Shown: positions 27,716 to 38,424, counted from the first letter of the stretch. The stretch: 64,000 nucleotides of DNA from Gammaproteobacteria bacterium (GCA_016209015.1 JACQWY010000025.1:3747-67746), one strand, 5' to 3'. Notes: generated from the sequence alone by a model not told the origin. Made by a program: numbers and translations.

Positions 27716-28888
27716 ATGCTCAGCATGTCCGGGCTCGCGCTCGCCGGGAAACGCGTACTCATCCGCGAGGACTTCAACGTTCCGATCAAGAACGGGAAGA
27801 TCAGCGACGACACCCGCCTCCGGGCGGGTGCACCCACCGTGAAGGCCGCCGCGGAGGCGGGCGCGAAAGTGCTCGTCATGTCGCATCTCGGCCGGCCGAA
27901 AGAAGGCGTGCCCGATCCGGCCGCCTCGCTCGCCCCGCTCGCCGACGCGCTCGCGAAGCTCGTCGGCCGGCCCGTGCGTTTCGCGGCCGACTGGATCGAC
28001 GGCGTCGCGGTCGCGGACGGCGAGATCGTGCTTTGCGAGAACGTGCGCTTCCTCGCCGGCGAGGAGAAGAACCTCGACGAGCTCGCGAAGAAGATGGCGG
28101 CGCTCTGCGACATCTTCGTCAACGACGCGTTCGCCACGGCCCATCGCGCCCAGGCCTCCACGCACGGCGTCGCGAAGTTCGCGCCCGTCGCTTGTGCGGG
28201 CCCGCTGCTCAAGGCCGAGATCGATGCGCTGAAGACCGCGCTGCACGCGCCGAAGCGTCCGCTCGTCGCGGTCGTCGGCGGCTCGAAGGTCTCGACGAAG
28301 CTCGACGTGCTCGAGTCGCTCGTGCAGAAGGTCGATCAGCTCATCGTCGGCGGCGGCATCGCGAACACGTTCCTGAAAGCCATGGGCCAGCCAATCGGCA
28401 AGTCGCTCTGCGAGGACGACATGGTCGACACCGCGAAGCGCATCATCGAAGCCGCGAAGGCGCGTGGTGCGGCGGTGCCGATCCCGGTCGATGTCGTGTG
28501 CGGCAAGGAATTCGACGAGAAGACCGCCGCGACGACGATGGACGTCTCGAAGGTCGCGGCCGACGACATGATCATGGACCTCGGACCGAAGACCACCGCG
28601 TCCTTCGCGCAGGCCTTGAAATCCGCGGGCACGATCGTCTGGAACGGGCCGCTCGGCGTGTTCGAATTCGATCAGTTCGCCGCCGGCACGAAAACGCTGG
28701 CGCAGGCGATCGCGCATTCCAGCGCGTTCTCCATCGCGGGCGGCGGCGACACGCTCGCGGCGATCGCGAAATTCGGCATCACGAATCAGGTCTCCTACAT
28801 CTCGACCGCGGGCGGCGCCTTCCTCGAATACCTCGAGGGCAAGACCCTGCCGGCGGTCGCGATCCTCGAAACGCGCGCTGCAGGCTGA
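27716..28888 (+). CDS. pgk: Phosphoglycerate kinase
   Basis: PGK family sequence (REDFNVP..., GGGASLE-like end); 390 aa. Confidence 0.9.
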   Translation: MLSMSGLALAGKRVLIREDFNVPIKNGKISDDTRLRAGAPTVKAAAEAGAKVLVMSHLGRPKEGVPDPAASLAPLADALAKLVGRPVRFAADWIDGVAVADGEIVLCENVRFLAGEEKNLDELAKKMAALCDIFVNDAFATAHRAQASTHGVAKFAPVACAGPLLKAEIDALKTALHAPKRPLVAVVGGSKVSTKLDVLESLVQKVDQLIVGGGIANTFLKAMGQPIGKSLCEDDMVDTAKRIIEAAKARGAAVPIPVDVVCGKEFDEKTAATTMDVSKVAADDMIMDLGPKTTASFAQALKSAGTIVWNGPLGVFEFDQFAAGTKTLAQAIAHSSAFSIAGGGDTLAAIAKFGITNQVSYISTAGGAFLEYLEGKTLPAVAILETRAAG

Positions 28889-28905
28889 CCGTCTCTCATC
28901 ATGTT

Positions 28906-28940
28906 CCGGCCGGCGTCGCGAGACTCCGGCCGGCTTTTCG
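28906..28940 (+). terminator. Rho-independent terminator after pgk
   Basis: Stem ccggccggc ... ccggccgg followed by cttttcg. Confidence 0.4.
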
Positions 28941-29233
28941 TAGTTCTCCGCAGGTGCGATCAGCCGCAGGCGTAAGCGGACGCCCGACGTGCACCTGCCG
29001 CAGTCCTGCAGGTGCCGACGAAAGAGGCGCGTCGATCGCGCTGTAGTGTCGAGCCATGGCGGACATGCGGCGTTCGCCCCGGCCTGCGCCGGGACTACCT
29101 CTTGGTGATCCTGTCGGCTTCGTACCGCGGCGATCCGTGCTCGGGCGCCTCATGTACGAACCGGACGTACCGAGCTTCGGACCCGCGAATTGCGGTTAAG
29201 ATGCTTCATCGAATTCCGCGAGCGGAGACTCCC

Positions 29234-30676
29234 ATGCGCCGTACGAAAATCGTCGCGACCCTCGGCCCGGCCACGGACGACCCCAAGGTGCTCGAGCGGC
29301 TCATCGCGGGCGGGCTCGACGCGGCGCGGCTGAATTATTCCCACGGCAAGGCCCAGGATCACGCCGAGCGCGCCCGCGCGGTACGGCGCGCGGCGGGCAG
29401 GCAACAGCGCGAGGTCGCGCTGATCGCGGATCTGCAGGGGCCGAAAATCCGCATCGAATGTTTCCGCGAGGGTCCGATCGTGCTCGCCGAGGGCGCGGAG
29501 TTCACGATCGACGCCGCGCTCGGCGCCGAGGCGGGCGACGACAGACGTGTCGGGGTCGCCTACAAGGCATTGCCCCAGGACGTGAGAGCCGGCGACACGC
29601 TGCTGCTCGACGACGGCCGCATCGTCCTGAAAGTCACGAAGGTCGCGGGCACGGCCGTGAAGACGAAAGTCGTGACCGGCGGGACGCTCTCGGATCACAA
29701 GGGCCTGAACCGCGAAGGCGGCGGGCTCTCCGCGCCGGCGCTGACGCGCAAGGATCGTGCGGATCTGCGCCATGCCGTGGCGCAGGGCGTCGATTACGTC
29801 GCGGTCTCCTTCCCGCGCTCCGCCGAAGACATCGAGACCGCGCGCAAGCTCGTGAAGAAGGCGGGGGGCACGGCCGGCATCATTGCGAAGATCGAGCGCG
29901 CCGAGGCGCTGCAGTGCGCGGCGGACATCATCCGCACCGCCGACGGCATCATGATCGCGCGCGGCGATCTCGGTGTGGAAATCGGCGACTCGCGCCTGCC
30001 GCCCGTGCAGAAGCAGTTGATCGCGACGGCGCGCCGTCTGCACCGCTTCGTCATCACCGCGACGCAGATGATGGAATCGATGATCGAAAACCCGGTGCCG
30101 ACGCGTGCCGAGGTCTTCGACGTCGCGAACGCGGTGCTCGACGGCACGGACGCGGTGATGCTGTCCGCAGAGACGAGCGTCGGCCGCTACCCGGCGCAGG
30201 CCGTGGAGCACATGGCACGGATCTGCGTCGAGGCCGAAAAGGAATGGACGGAGCACGAGCCGAATCTCATGCTCGACGCCGCGTTCGAGCGCGCCGACCA
30301 GGCGATTGCGATGTCGGCGATCTACTGCGCGAACCGCATCGGCGTCACCGCGATCGCCGCGCTCACCGAGACCGGCTCGACGACGAACTGGATGTCACGC
30401 ATCAACACCGACATCCCGATCTTCGCGCTCTCGCGCAATCCGCAGACGCTGCGCCGCGTGACGCTCTACCGCGGCGTCTATCCCATCGCCTTCGACGTCA
30501 CCGCCGTGCATTACTCCGAGGTCACACACGAGGTGCTGGCCCGGCTGCTGGCACACGGCGGCGCGAAGCGCGGCGACAAGGTGATCCTCACGAAAGGCGA
30601 TCTGCGGGGCACGACGGGCGGCACGAACGGCATGAAAATCGTGACCGTCGGCGACATCGTCGAGCACGTCGGCTGA
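29234..30676 (+). CDS. pyk: Pyruvate kinase
   Basis: MRRTKIVATLGPATDDP...; 480 aa. The start was trimmed from the 554-aa ORF. Confidence 0.9.
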   Translation: MRRTKIVATLGPATDDPKVLERLIAGGLDAARLNYSHGKAQDHAERARAVRRAAGRQQREVALIADLQGPKIRIECFREGPIVLAEGAEFTIDAALGAEAGDDRRVGVAYKALPQDVRAGDTLLLDDGRIVLKVTKVAGTAVKTKVVTGGTLSDHKGLNREGGGLSAPALTRKDRADLRHAVAQGVDYVAVSFPRSAEDIETARKLVKKAGGTAGIIAKIERAEALQCAADIIRTADGIMIARGDLGVEIGDSRLPPVQKQLIATARRLHRFVITATQMMESMIENPVPTRAEVFDVANAVLDGTDAVMLSAETSVGRYPAQAVEHMARICVEAEKEWTEHEPNLMLDAAFERADQAIAMSAIYCANRIGVTAIAALTETGSTTNWMSRINTDIPIFALSRNPQTLRRVTLYRGVYPIAFDVTAVHYSEVTHEVLARLLAHGGAKRGDKVILTKGDLRGTTGGTNGMKIVTVGDIVEHVG

Positions 30677-31004
30677 CGACGGCGCCGCACCACCGCGCTC
30701 AGCCTCTCGCGAACGCCTGCTTCGCGACCATCGCCGCGCCGACCATCGACAACACCGCGAACAGCAGCGCCGGCGCATAGCCGATGAACGTCGCGGGATT
30801 GCGCTCGCCGAAACGGTTCGAGGCGATCGTGAGCGCACGGTTCGGCGCGAAGAGCGCGGCCCGGTAGAAGTGCATCTCTTTGCGGATCGATTGGGGAGAG
30901 AAACGCTCCGGGCATTCTGGTGAGGCGTAGGGTTTTGACGATGCGGTTTGATGCGCCGGGCCGGGGCGACGCCACGGCACACGCCTTTCGGACTCCGCTA
31001 TTGT

Positions 31005-31173
31005 GTCGTCCCGGCGCAGGCCGGGACCCAGTCGTCGCACCAGGGCAATCCCGATCATCCCTGGGTCCATGGTTCTAGCGTGGCAACGCTGCAAGGATTC
31101 AGCGCTCCGCGGCCCGCGGTTCGATCGATGCGCCACGGTTCAGCGACTGGGTCCCGGCCTGCGCCGGGACGAC
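31005..31173. repeat. 169-bp structured element bounded by perfect 30-bp terminal inverted repeats (MITE- or ncRNA-like)
   Basis: The arm at 31005-31034 is gtcgtcccggcgcaggccgggacccagtcg, and the arm at 31144-31173 is its exact reverse complement. The 109-nt spacer contains three further hairpins. The element sits about 100 nt upstream of the MFS gene. Confidence 0.5.
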
Positions 31174-31270
31174 GCTCGAACGACGTGTCGTTACGGTGCC
31201 GAGGTCCGACAACTCACGGCGACCGCTGCAGCGGTTAACATGCACGGACTCTTCCACGAACGGAGCGCCC

Positions 31271-32485
31271 ATGCCCACCGACACCGTGGGTCTCGATGCC
31301 GCCGAGGCACGAGGCCGCCTGCGCGTCATCGTCGCGGGCATCAGCGCGCTCATTCTGACCATCGGCCTCGCGCGCTTCTCGTATACGCCGCTGCTGCCGG
31401 TGATGCGTGTGCAGGCCGGGCTCTCGTATGCCGCGGGCGGCTGGCTCGCGACCTCGAACTACCTCGGCTATATCGCCGGTGTCTTGCTCGCGGCATCGAT
31501 CGCGGATCTCGAATGCAAATTCCGGCTCTACCGGCTCTGCCTCGTGCTCGCGGTGGCGACCACGATGGCGATGGGCCTCACGACGAACGTCGCGCTGTGG
31601 CTCGTGCTGCGCTTCGTCTCCGGCGCGGCGAGCATCGGCGGGCCGCTGCTGTCCTCGGGCCTCGTGCTGAACTGGCTCATGCGCCACGGCCGGCGTCCCG
31701 AGCTCGGCTTGCACTTCACGGGCCTCGGTCTCGGCATCGTGCTGAGCGGCCTCGCGGTCGCGGCGATGTCGGCCCACCTCGCCTGGGACGCGCAGTGGAT
31801 CGCGTTCGGCGTGCTCGGCCTCGCGTTCTTCGTGCCGGCCTGGATCTGGCTGCCCGCGCCGGGCCCGGTGCCCGCCGCGCACGCCGAGGCCTACACGCGG
31901 CCGCCGTCGCGGAGCTGGATGTGGCTGCTCGTGGGCGCCTATTTCTGCGCCGGCTGGGGCTTCGTCACGAGCGGCACGTTCATCGTCGCGATCCTCGAGA
32001 AGCTGCCGACGTTCGCCGGCAGAGGGAGCTGGACCTGGGTCGCGCTCGGCCTCGCCGCGACACCCTCGGCCTTCCTCTGGGATCGCATCGCGCGCGCCAT
32101 CGACATGATCCCCGCATTGCTGCTCGCCTATGCCTTGCAGACGCTCAGCATCGTCATTCCGCTCCTCACCGCGAATCTCGCCTCGAACCTCCTCGGCGCG
32201 ATGCTCTTCGGCAGCACGTTCGTCGGCATCGTGAGCCTCATGCTCGCGCTCATCGGCCGCTGCTTCCCCGAGAACCCCGCGAAGGCGATGGCGCGGCTGA
32301 CGATCAGCTACGGCATCGCGCAGACGGTAGCGCCCGCGCTGGCCGCGTTGCTCGCGACGACGGCGGGAGGTTATCGCGGATCGCTCGGTATCGCGGGCGG
32401 GGTGATGGCGATCGGGGTCGTGTTGATCGCGATAATCGGCGCGCGGCACGGCGCGGGGGCGGCGGTGGGAGAGCGGGCGGGGTGA
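31271..32485 (+). CDS. MFS transporter (YbfB/YjiJ-like), 404 aa
   Basis: Twelve predicted TM helices. The start was trimmed to the ATG at 31271 (MPTDTVGLDAAEARGRLRVIVAG...). Confidence 0.7.
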   Translation: MPTDTVGLDAAEARGRLRVIVAGISALILTIGLARFSYTPLLPVMRVQAGLSYAAGGWLATSNYLGYIAGVLLAASIADLECKFRLYRLCLVLAVATTMAMGLTTNVALWLVLRFVSGAASIGGPLLSSGLVLNWLMRHGRRPELGLHFTGLGLGIVLSGLAVAAMSAHLAWDAQWIAFGVLGLAFFVPAWIWLPAPGPVPAAHAEAYTRPPSRSWMWLLVGAYFCAGWGFVTSGTFIVAILEKLPTFAGRGSWTWVALGLAATPSAFLWDRIARAIDMIPALLLAYALQTLSIVIPLLTANLASNLLGAMLFGSTFVGIVSLMLALIGRCFPENPAKAMARLTISYGIAQTVAPALAALLATTAGGYRGSLGIAGGVMAIGVVLIAIIGARHGAGAAVGERAG

Positions 32486-32587
32486 GGTGGCCGGAAAAAG
32501 GGTTCATCTGCGAACAGCAGGGAAGCTTGTTCAGCCCACCGCGGAGCGCTTCGGTAGCCCGTCGCTCTCGTGCAGACGAGGGCCTAG

Positions 32588-32723
32588 GGAAGCTCTGAAC
32601 AAGTTCAGAGCTTCCGGCGGCACAGGGATGTGCCGCCGTGAACAGTGGCGTAAGCCATTGTTCACGTAAGGTCGGCAAGAACCACGCTTCTTGCCGACCG
32701 TGCTCTGAAAAGTCCAGGATGGA
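32588..32723. repeat. MITE-like element copy 2 (single unit, 3' end truncated)
   Basis: About 95% identical to the unit at 2914-3037 and begins with GGAAGCTCTGAACAAGTTCAGAGCTTCC. It lies immediately downstream of the MFS gene. Confidence 0.6.
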
Positions 32724-32859
32724 GAATTCCAGCGCGGTGGGTAAATGAACCCTCCAGAGCCCGAAGTTCACTGCGCGTGCCGTGGGTCACCGACTGGGCC
32801 CTCGCCGTCGCGAGGGCGACGGGCAGCAGCTGGCGCGCGATGCATCGACCGACCGGCTG

Positions 32860-34108
32860 TCAGGAAAGGCAAGGGAAAAATGGACTCGACGTCTGCGTCA
32901 GTAGTGGGTCCGGATCCTCTGGAACACACATCTCTGTCACCTTCCTGCCCGGCTCCGGCTTCAGCACGAGATACCAATGGCGGACCGCCGGGCTCCAGGG
33001 CCAGGCGAGAAAGTACGTGCTGTCGTCGAGACCGAACGGCCACAGGTACATATCGCGACTCCAGAATTTGCCGACGTCCGCCTCGTCCCACCAGGGAGGC
33101 GACGCGTGCTTCACGAGATAGACGGGACGCGACGCATTCGGCTGCGGGCTCCCGGCCGGCGAGTCGCCGCGCATCCAGTCATCGGGTAAGACGGCCGTCG
33201 CGGCCGCTTCGTATCGTGCGTCGCGATCCGCGGGCTTCATTTCCATTCCCGCAGCCGGCGGAAGACTTCCCCGGGCGAACGTGAAGTCGCGGTCGTCCTG
33301 TATCCCGTTCGCACGTTCGTGTCTGGCGACGACGGTGTCGACGACGTGGTCGTTGTCGATGTCGAACGAATAGAGTCGATACCCCCCATAGCTCGGGGAA
33401 CCGCCGGCGGCTTTCATCTCGTCCATCGTCTGCGCTGGAATCGGCGTGGCTTCGGGCGGCGTGCCGAGCTCGGGTGAGATGTCGCCGCCGAGATTCTCGT
33501 TCCTTCGACCATGCATCTCGGTACCGAAGCGGGCGCACAGCTTGTCGTCGGTGGCATACAGCAGCGCCATGGAGCCAGCACGCGGCATCACCGGCTCGTC
33601 GCCCTCTGGATATTCCAGCGCGTCCCGATCCGAGGACGAATCCGGATTCATCATGCCGTCGCATTGCTCCTCCGCCGGAGAATCCGTGTCGGCGAACGTA
33701 ACCTGGAGCCGGCACGTGGTGCCGACACAGCCAGTAATGTTCCCTGTCGACGATGATCCGCGGGGAACACTTCCCCTTCTGATCCTGGGGACATTTGACT
33801 TCGAGTCTGTTCTGTTCCCTGACCTTGTCGATCCAGAGACTCGCCCAGATATCCGGAATCGCGCCGCCCATACCGAAGCTGAACGTCGGACCGAGAGCCA
33901 GCTTCACGCGTACCAGCGGGCCTTTCGGGATCTGGCAATCCTGTGGTGCTTTGCTGCTGGCGCTCTCGTCGCCGTCGTCGACGGAGACCATACGGGCCTC
34001 GATCAACGCGCGCTCGTTTTCGCAGGTGACGCGAAGTCGATAGTCCCGGCTGTCAGCCAGTGCGACTGAGACATGCGCTGAAACGACGATGAGCGCAGTC
34101 GCTGACAT
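32860..34108 (-). pseudogene. Exported protein gene disrupted by a frameshift near 33.65-33.76 kb (or an assembly indel)
   Basis: Frame A (34108 down to about 33700) begins with the signal peptide MSATALIVVSAHVSVALA and then becomes an Arg-rich wrong-frame tail. Frame B (33654 down to 32860, and open upstream to about 33780) carries the protein-like continuation ...LQVTFADTDSPAEEQCDGMMNPDSSSDRDALEY... through ...PFFPCLS. Confidence 0.35.
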
Positions 34109-34209
34109 CAGGCGAAGGAATGCGGTCGCCCGCGGTTCGAATTCCGTTTCTACTTTCGGCCTCGCCGAAACTCCTTTCAGTGACCTGCAAGTGCCGGCGT
34201 CCGCGCCGC

Positions 34210-34434
34210 CTACTTCCCCCGCTTCCCCTCTCTCACCCACGCGATCAACGTCACGACCGCCCCGAGATCCAGCATCACGCCCACCGCGATGAACGACCAC
34301 GCGACCGCCGGCGGCTGCAGCATGGTTAGCGCCGGGATCTTCGCGAGACCGAGCACGCCGGCCGCGAGACATGCGGTGGCGCCGAGCGTCTGCGCGATGA
34401 ACGAGGCCGGCAGCATGCGCTTCTCCCCGTTCAT
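34210..34434 (-). CDS. Small two-TM membrane protein (74 aa), partner of the SPFH gene
   Basis: ATGA overlap with the stop of the SPFH gene, and two hydrophobic helices. Confidence 0.45.
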   Translation of the reverse strand: MNGEKRMLPASFIAQTLGATACLAAGVLGLAKIPALTMLQPPAVAWSFIAVGVMLDLGAVVTLIAWVREGKRGK

Positions 34435-35303
34435 TGCGAGGCCACCGAGACGACCGGCTGCGTCTCGCTCTCCGAGACGAGCACGGTCATGAGGTTCGTC
34501 ACGAGCCGCACGCGTTCGGCTTCGCCGAGCTTCACGATGCCTTCGGATTCGAGGCGGTCGAGGCTCATCTTCAGCATGCTCACCGCGCCCTCGACGATCT
34601 GCGTGCGCGCGGCGACGACGGCCGCGGCCTGCTGACGGCGCAGCATCGCCCCGGCGATCTCCGGCGCATAGGCGAGGTGCGTGATGCGCGCTTCGACGAT
34701 TTCGAGGCCCGCCATGACGACGTGCTCCTGGATCGTCTCGGCGAGCGCGCGGGCGACGGCGTCGAGATCCCCGCGCAGCGAGTTCTCGCCCGCAGTGTCG
34801 CCGTCGTACCAGCGCGAGCTGACGACCTTGCGCACGGCCGACTCGCTCTGCATCGTGACGTAGGCGACGTAGTCCTCGACGTCGAACGTCGCGCGCGCGG
34901 TGTCCGCGACGCGCCAGACGATCACCGCCGCGACCTCGATCGGATTGCCGGCGAGATCGTTCACTTTCAGCGTCGGCGTATTCAGATTGTTCGCGCGCAG
35001 CGAGAGCTTCCGCTTCTTGTAGAACGGATTCACCCAGTAGAAGCCGCCGTCGCGCAACGTGCCGGCGTAGGTGCCGAAGAAGATCATGACCGCCGCCTGG
35101 TTCGGCTCGAGGATCGTGAAACCCTTGCCGAGGAGGAACAGCAGCGGGATGCCGAAGATCGCGAGCGGCTCGGGCGGCGCGTCGTGCAGCACCGAGTTGC
35201 CGATGAACGACCAGGCGATCCAGCCCGCGAGCGCGAACCAGATGGCGAGGGCGAGGAAGCCGGGCAGGGCCCGGGCACTGCGTTCTTCGATCTGCGTGTC
35301 CAT
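34431..35303 (-). CDS. SPFH/band-7 (stomatin/prohibitin-like) family protein, 290 aa
   Basis: An N-terminal TM region followed by an SPFH core (TPTLKVNDLAGNPIEVAAVIVWRV...); 290 aa. Confidence 0.7.
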   Translation of the reverse strand: MDTQIEERSARALPGFLALAIWFALAGWIAWSFIGNSVLHDAPPEPLAIFGIPLLFLLGKGFTILEPNQAAVMIFFGTYAGTLRDGGFYWVNPFYKKRKLSLRANNLNTPTLKVNDLAGNPIEVAAVIVWRVADTARATFDVEDYVAYVTMQSESAVRKVVSSRWYDGDTAGENSLRGDLDAVARALAETIQEHVVMAGLEIVEARITHLAYAPEIAGAMLRRQQAAAVVAARTQIVEGAVSMLKMSLDRLESEGIVKLGEAERVRLVTNLMTVLVSESETQPVVSVASQ

Positions 35304-35341
35304 GTGCGCTCCTTTGCGGAATTCGGCGACAGTGTACTCAG

Positions 35342-35420
35342 GGAAGCTCTGAATAGGTCCATCCTGGCCTTTTCAGAGCGCGGCCGGCAAGAAGCGTGGT
35401 TCGTGCCGGGCTTCCGTGAG
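35342..35420. repeat. MITE-like element copy 3 (partial, inverted orientation) in the promoter region of the SPFH gene
   Basis: ggaagctctgaataggtccatcctgg...gcaagaagcgtggttc matches the reverse complement of the 3' half of the repeat unit. Confidence 0.5.
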
Positions 35421-35457
35421 TAAACTGTCCCCGAATCGTCCGCGAGGATCCTCGACC

Positions 35458-36066
35458 ATGACCCGTCTCGCCGCGCTCCTCTGCACCGTCTTCTTCGCCG
35501 CCACCGCAGCGGCCGAGGATCCGCCCCCGGCGGAGCGCCCCACGCCGCAGCCCGGCACCGAGCTCACCTACGACGGCAAGCTGCTCTCCGTGAGCTGCGC
35601 GCACTGGACGGTCGGTCATCTGAACGAGGACGGCAATCTCGTCACGAGCTGCGAGGACTACCGTCTCGAGACGTCCGTGGAATACGGTCTGAACGCCGTG
35701 CGCATCACGCGCAAGGACGGCGACAAGGAGGCGGATTTCGATCCCTATCTGCCGGCGCTGCGCTTCCCGCTCGTCCTCGGCGACGGCTGGCTCGTGCCGT
35801 ACCGGGGTTTCACGGCGGACGTCGGCATGACCTGGGACGGTACGATGAAATGCGGGGTCGCGGCCTTCGAACCGGTGACGGTGAAAGCGGGGACGTACGA
35901 TGCCTATCGCGTCGACTGCGAAGAGGAATGGAAAGTCGCGACTCGCGGCGGCGTGTTCCATTCCTCGCGCTGGTATGCGCCGCGGATCGGCGCCGTCGTG
36001 AAGGTCGAGCACCAGGAACAGCCGGAGCGCTGGAACATGGAGCTGACGGCGTACAAGGCGCCGTGA
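35458..36066 (+). CDS. Secreted hypothetical protein (202 aa)
   Basis: A signal peptide (MTRLAALLCTVFFAATAAAEDP). The start was trimmed to the ATG at 35458. Confidence 0.5.
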   Translation: MTRLAALLCTVFFAATAAAEDPPPAERPTPQPGTELTYDGKLLSVSCAHWTVGHLNEDGNLVTSCEDYRLETSVEYGLNAVRITRKDGDKEADFDPYLPALRFPLVLGDGWLVPYRGFTADVGMTWDGTMKCGVAAFEPVTVKAGTYDAYRVDCEEEWKVATRGGVFHSSRWYAPRIGAVVKVEHQEQPERWNMELTAYKAP

Positions 36067-36242
36067 GCTCGTCTCATAGGGTGCCGTGAACGAGCGGCGC
36101 CACCGACGGGAAACGGGGTCAGGTTCGAATTCGCGGACGAGCGCCCGGGGATGAGCCATTACGTTCGCCGCGAAATCGAACCTGACCCCGATTCCCTCTA
36201 CGCGTCTTTCGTCAGGGCGGGCGCTGCACGCGCCTCACGACC

Positions 36243-36272
36243 GTCGGGCTTCCTGCGTCAGCCCGACCTACG
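36243..36272. repeat. REP-like hairpin (gtcgggcttcctgcgtcagcccgacctacg), same family as 5283-5314
   Basis: One mismatch relative to the copy at 5283-5312. Confidence 0.5.
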
Positions 36273-36280
36273 AGCGCCCC

Positions 36281-37180
36281 CTACTTCGTCAGCCGCTCCA
36301 GCGCCTCGCGATACTTCGCCGCCGTGCGTTCGAGGATCTCCGGCGGCAGCTTCGGCGCGGGCGGCTTCTTGTCCCAGGTCAGGGTCTCGAGATAGTCGCG
36401 CACGAACTGCTTGTCGAAGCTCGGCGGGCTCGTGCCGAGGCGGTATTCGGCGAGCGGCCAGAAGCGCGAGGAATCGGGGGTCAGCACTTCGTCGATGAGG
36501 ACGACAGTGCCGGCGGTATCGGTGCCGAACTCGAATTTCGTATCCGCGATGACGATGCCCTTCTTCAAGGCGAAGGCCGCGGCCTCGGTGTAGATGCGGA
36601 TCGCGAGCGCGCGCACTTTCTCCGCGTACTCGCGGCCCATGAGCCGGACGCTCTTCTCGAAATCGATGTTCTCGTCGTGGTGACCGATCTCGGCCTTCGT
36701 CGACGGCGTGAAAATCGCCTCCGGCAGTTGCGCGGCCTGCTCGAGACCCTTGGGCAGCGTGATGCCGCAGACCTGGCCCGTCTTCTGGTAATCCTTCCAG
36801 CCCGAGCCGATGAGATAACCGCGGACGATCGCTTCCACCGGGAAGGGCTTCAGCTTTTTCACGACCATGGCGCGGCCCGCGACCTGGGCGCGTTCCGCCG
36901 GATCGCTCAGCACGTCTTCGAGCTTCAGGTCCGAGAGGTGATTCGGTACGTCCTCGAAATGCCGGAACCAGAAGTTCGACAGCTCCGTCAGCACCGCGCC
37001 CTTGCCGGGGATGGGCTCACTCAGCACGACGTCGAACGCCGAGAGACGATCGGTCGTGACGATCAGCAGGTGGTCGTCGCCGACGGCGTAGATGTCGCGG
37101 ACCTTGCCGCGGCCGACGAGCGGCAGACTCTGGAGCGAGGATTCGTAGAGAGTAGCTTGGACTTGGGCCATGGAGCTCAC
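36281..37180 (-). CDS. purC: Phosphoribosylaminoimidazole-succinocarboxamide synthase
   Basis: Long-form SAICAR synthetase sequence, 299 aa. Confidence 0.85.
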   Translation of the reverse strand: MSSMAQVQATLYESSLQSLPLVGRGKVRDIYAVGDDHLLIVTTDRLSAFDVVLSEPIPGKGAVLTELSNFWFRHFEDVPNHLSDLKLEDVLSDPAERAQVAGRAMVVKKLKPFPVEAIVRGYLIGSGWKDYQKTGQVCGITLPKGLEQAAQLPEAIFTPSTKAEIGHHDENIDFEKSVRLMGREYAEKVRALAIRIYTEAAAFALKKGIVIADTKFEFGTDTAGTVVLIDEVLTPDSSRFWPLAEYRLGTSPPSFDKQFVRDYLETLTWDKKPPAPKLPPEILERTAAKYREALERLTK

Positions 37181-37224
37181 CTGTCGATGCTGAGGAGGAA
37201 AGGGAGTACGCCGCAGCCCCGCAT

Positions 37225-38424
37225 TCAGATCTGCGCGAGCGTGGGGACGTCGCCGGCCGTGCCCGTCGCGTAAGTCATGAACAAGCGCTTCGCGAACGGC
37301 AGCCGCTCGGTCGCCGCGAGGCCGAGGCCGCGCGCCCAGCGCACGGGCGCCTGGGGCGCGCAGAATAGATTATTGAGGCCCTCGCAGGCGAGGTCCATCG
37401 CCATGTTCTCGCCGCGCCGGCGGCGGGCATAGCGGCGCAGCGCGCTGCGCGGAGCCGCGAGCGCGGGCCGGCCGGCGGCGCGCAGCACCTCGGCGAAGCA
37501 GGCGACGTCGAGCAGGCCGAGGTTCAGCCCCTGACCCGCGAGCGGCAGGATGGTGTGCGCGGCGTCGCCGGCGAGCGCGACGCGGCTCGTCACGTAGTCG
37601 TTCGCGTGCAGACGGCGCAGCGGGAATGCGAGCCGCGGGCTCGTCTTCACGACCATGCCGAGCTTGAACTCGAACGCGAGCGCGACGGCCTCGCGGAACG
37701 CCGCGTCGGAAGCCTCGACGGCCCAGGCCGCCTGCTCGGGCGTCGTGCTCCAGACGATCGACACGTCGTGCGCGCCGGGCAGCGGCAGGAACGCGAGCGG
37801 ACCGTCGGCGAGGAAACGCTGGCGCGCGATCGACTCGTGGGGTAGTTCCAGCTCGAGATTCGCGACGACGGCCTGCTGCGTCTCGTCGCGCTCGCTCCAG
37901 CCGATGCCGGCGAGCTCGCGGACGAGCGATTGCCGGCCGTCGCAGCCGAGCACGATCGCGGCCTCGAGCTGCTCGCCGGTCGCGAGCGTGAGACGGCAGG
38001 TGTCGGGCAGTTCTTCCAGCATCTCGAGCCGGCAGGCGCGCACGCCGACGCGCCGCTCGCGCATGGCCGCGGCCCCGCCGTGCGCGAGATTCGCGAATTC
38101 GACGATCGCGCCGAGCGTATCGAGCCCGATCTCCGCACCGTCGAACGTGATGCGGCCGCGGCTGCCCGCATCCCACACCTCCATGCGGCGGTAGCGCGCG
38201 ACGCGCTCGTGGTTCACTTCGCGCCAGATCCCGGCGCGCTCGAGCACGGCGAGCGTCGCCGGAGTGAGCGAGAAGACGCGGAGATCGTAAGCATCGTCTT
38301 CGACCTCGGGCAGCGTCGTCGGATCGACGACGACGACCTCGAAGCCCGCGTCGGCGAGCAGGCAGGCGACGGTCGCGCCGACGACGCCCGCGCCCGCGAT
38401 CGCGATGTCGACCGCGCGGCTCAT
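37225..38424 (-). CDS. ubiI: UbiH/UbiF/VisC/COQ6-family FAD-dependent ubiquinone hydroxylase (UbiI/VisC position)
   Basis: An FAD-binding N-terminus ([12 protein letters not shown]). It sits downstream of ubiH as in the E. coli pepP-ubiH-ubiI operon. Confidence 0.7.
   Translation of the reverse strand: MSRAVDIAIAGAGVVGATVACLLADAGFEVVVVDPTTLPEVEDDAYDLRVFSLTPATLAVLERAGIWREVNHERVARYRRMEVWDAGSRGRITFDGAEIGLDTLGAIVEFANLAHGGAAAMRERRVGVRACRLEMLEELPDTCRLTLATGEQLEAAIVLGCDGRQSLVRELAGIGWSERDETQQAVVANLELELPHESIARQRFLADGPLAFLPLPGAHDVSIVWSTTPEQAAWAVEASDAAFREAVALAFEFKLGMVVKTSPRLAFPLRRLHANDYVTSRVALAGDAAHTILPLAGQGLNLGLLDVACFAEVLRAAGRPALAAPRSALRRYARRRRGENMAMDLACEGLNNLFCAPQAPVRWARGLGLAATERLPFAKRLFMTYATGTAGDVPTLAQI

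Noticed and set aside
30699-30875. 58-codon hydrophobic ORF (MHFYRAALFAPNRALTIASNRFGERNPATFIGYAPALLFAVLSMVGAAMVAKQAFARG) between pyk and the 30-bp TIR element
   Set aside because: It may be a small membrane protein, but I cannot support it from sequence alone. There is no clear RBS or family match, and it overlaps a repeat-rich spacer.
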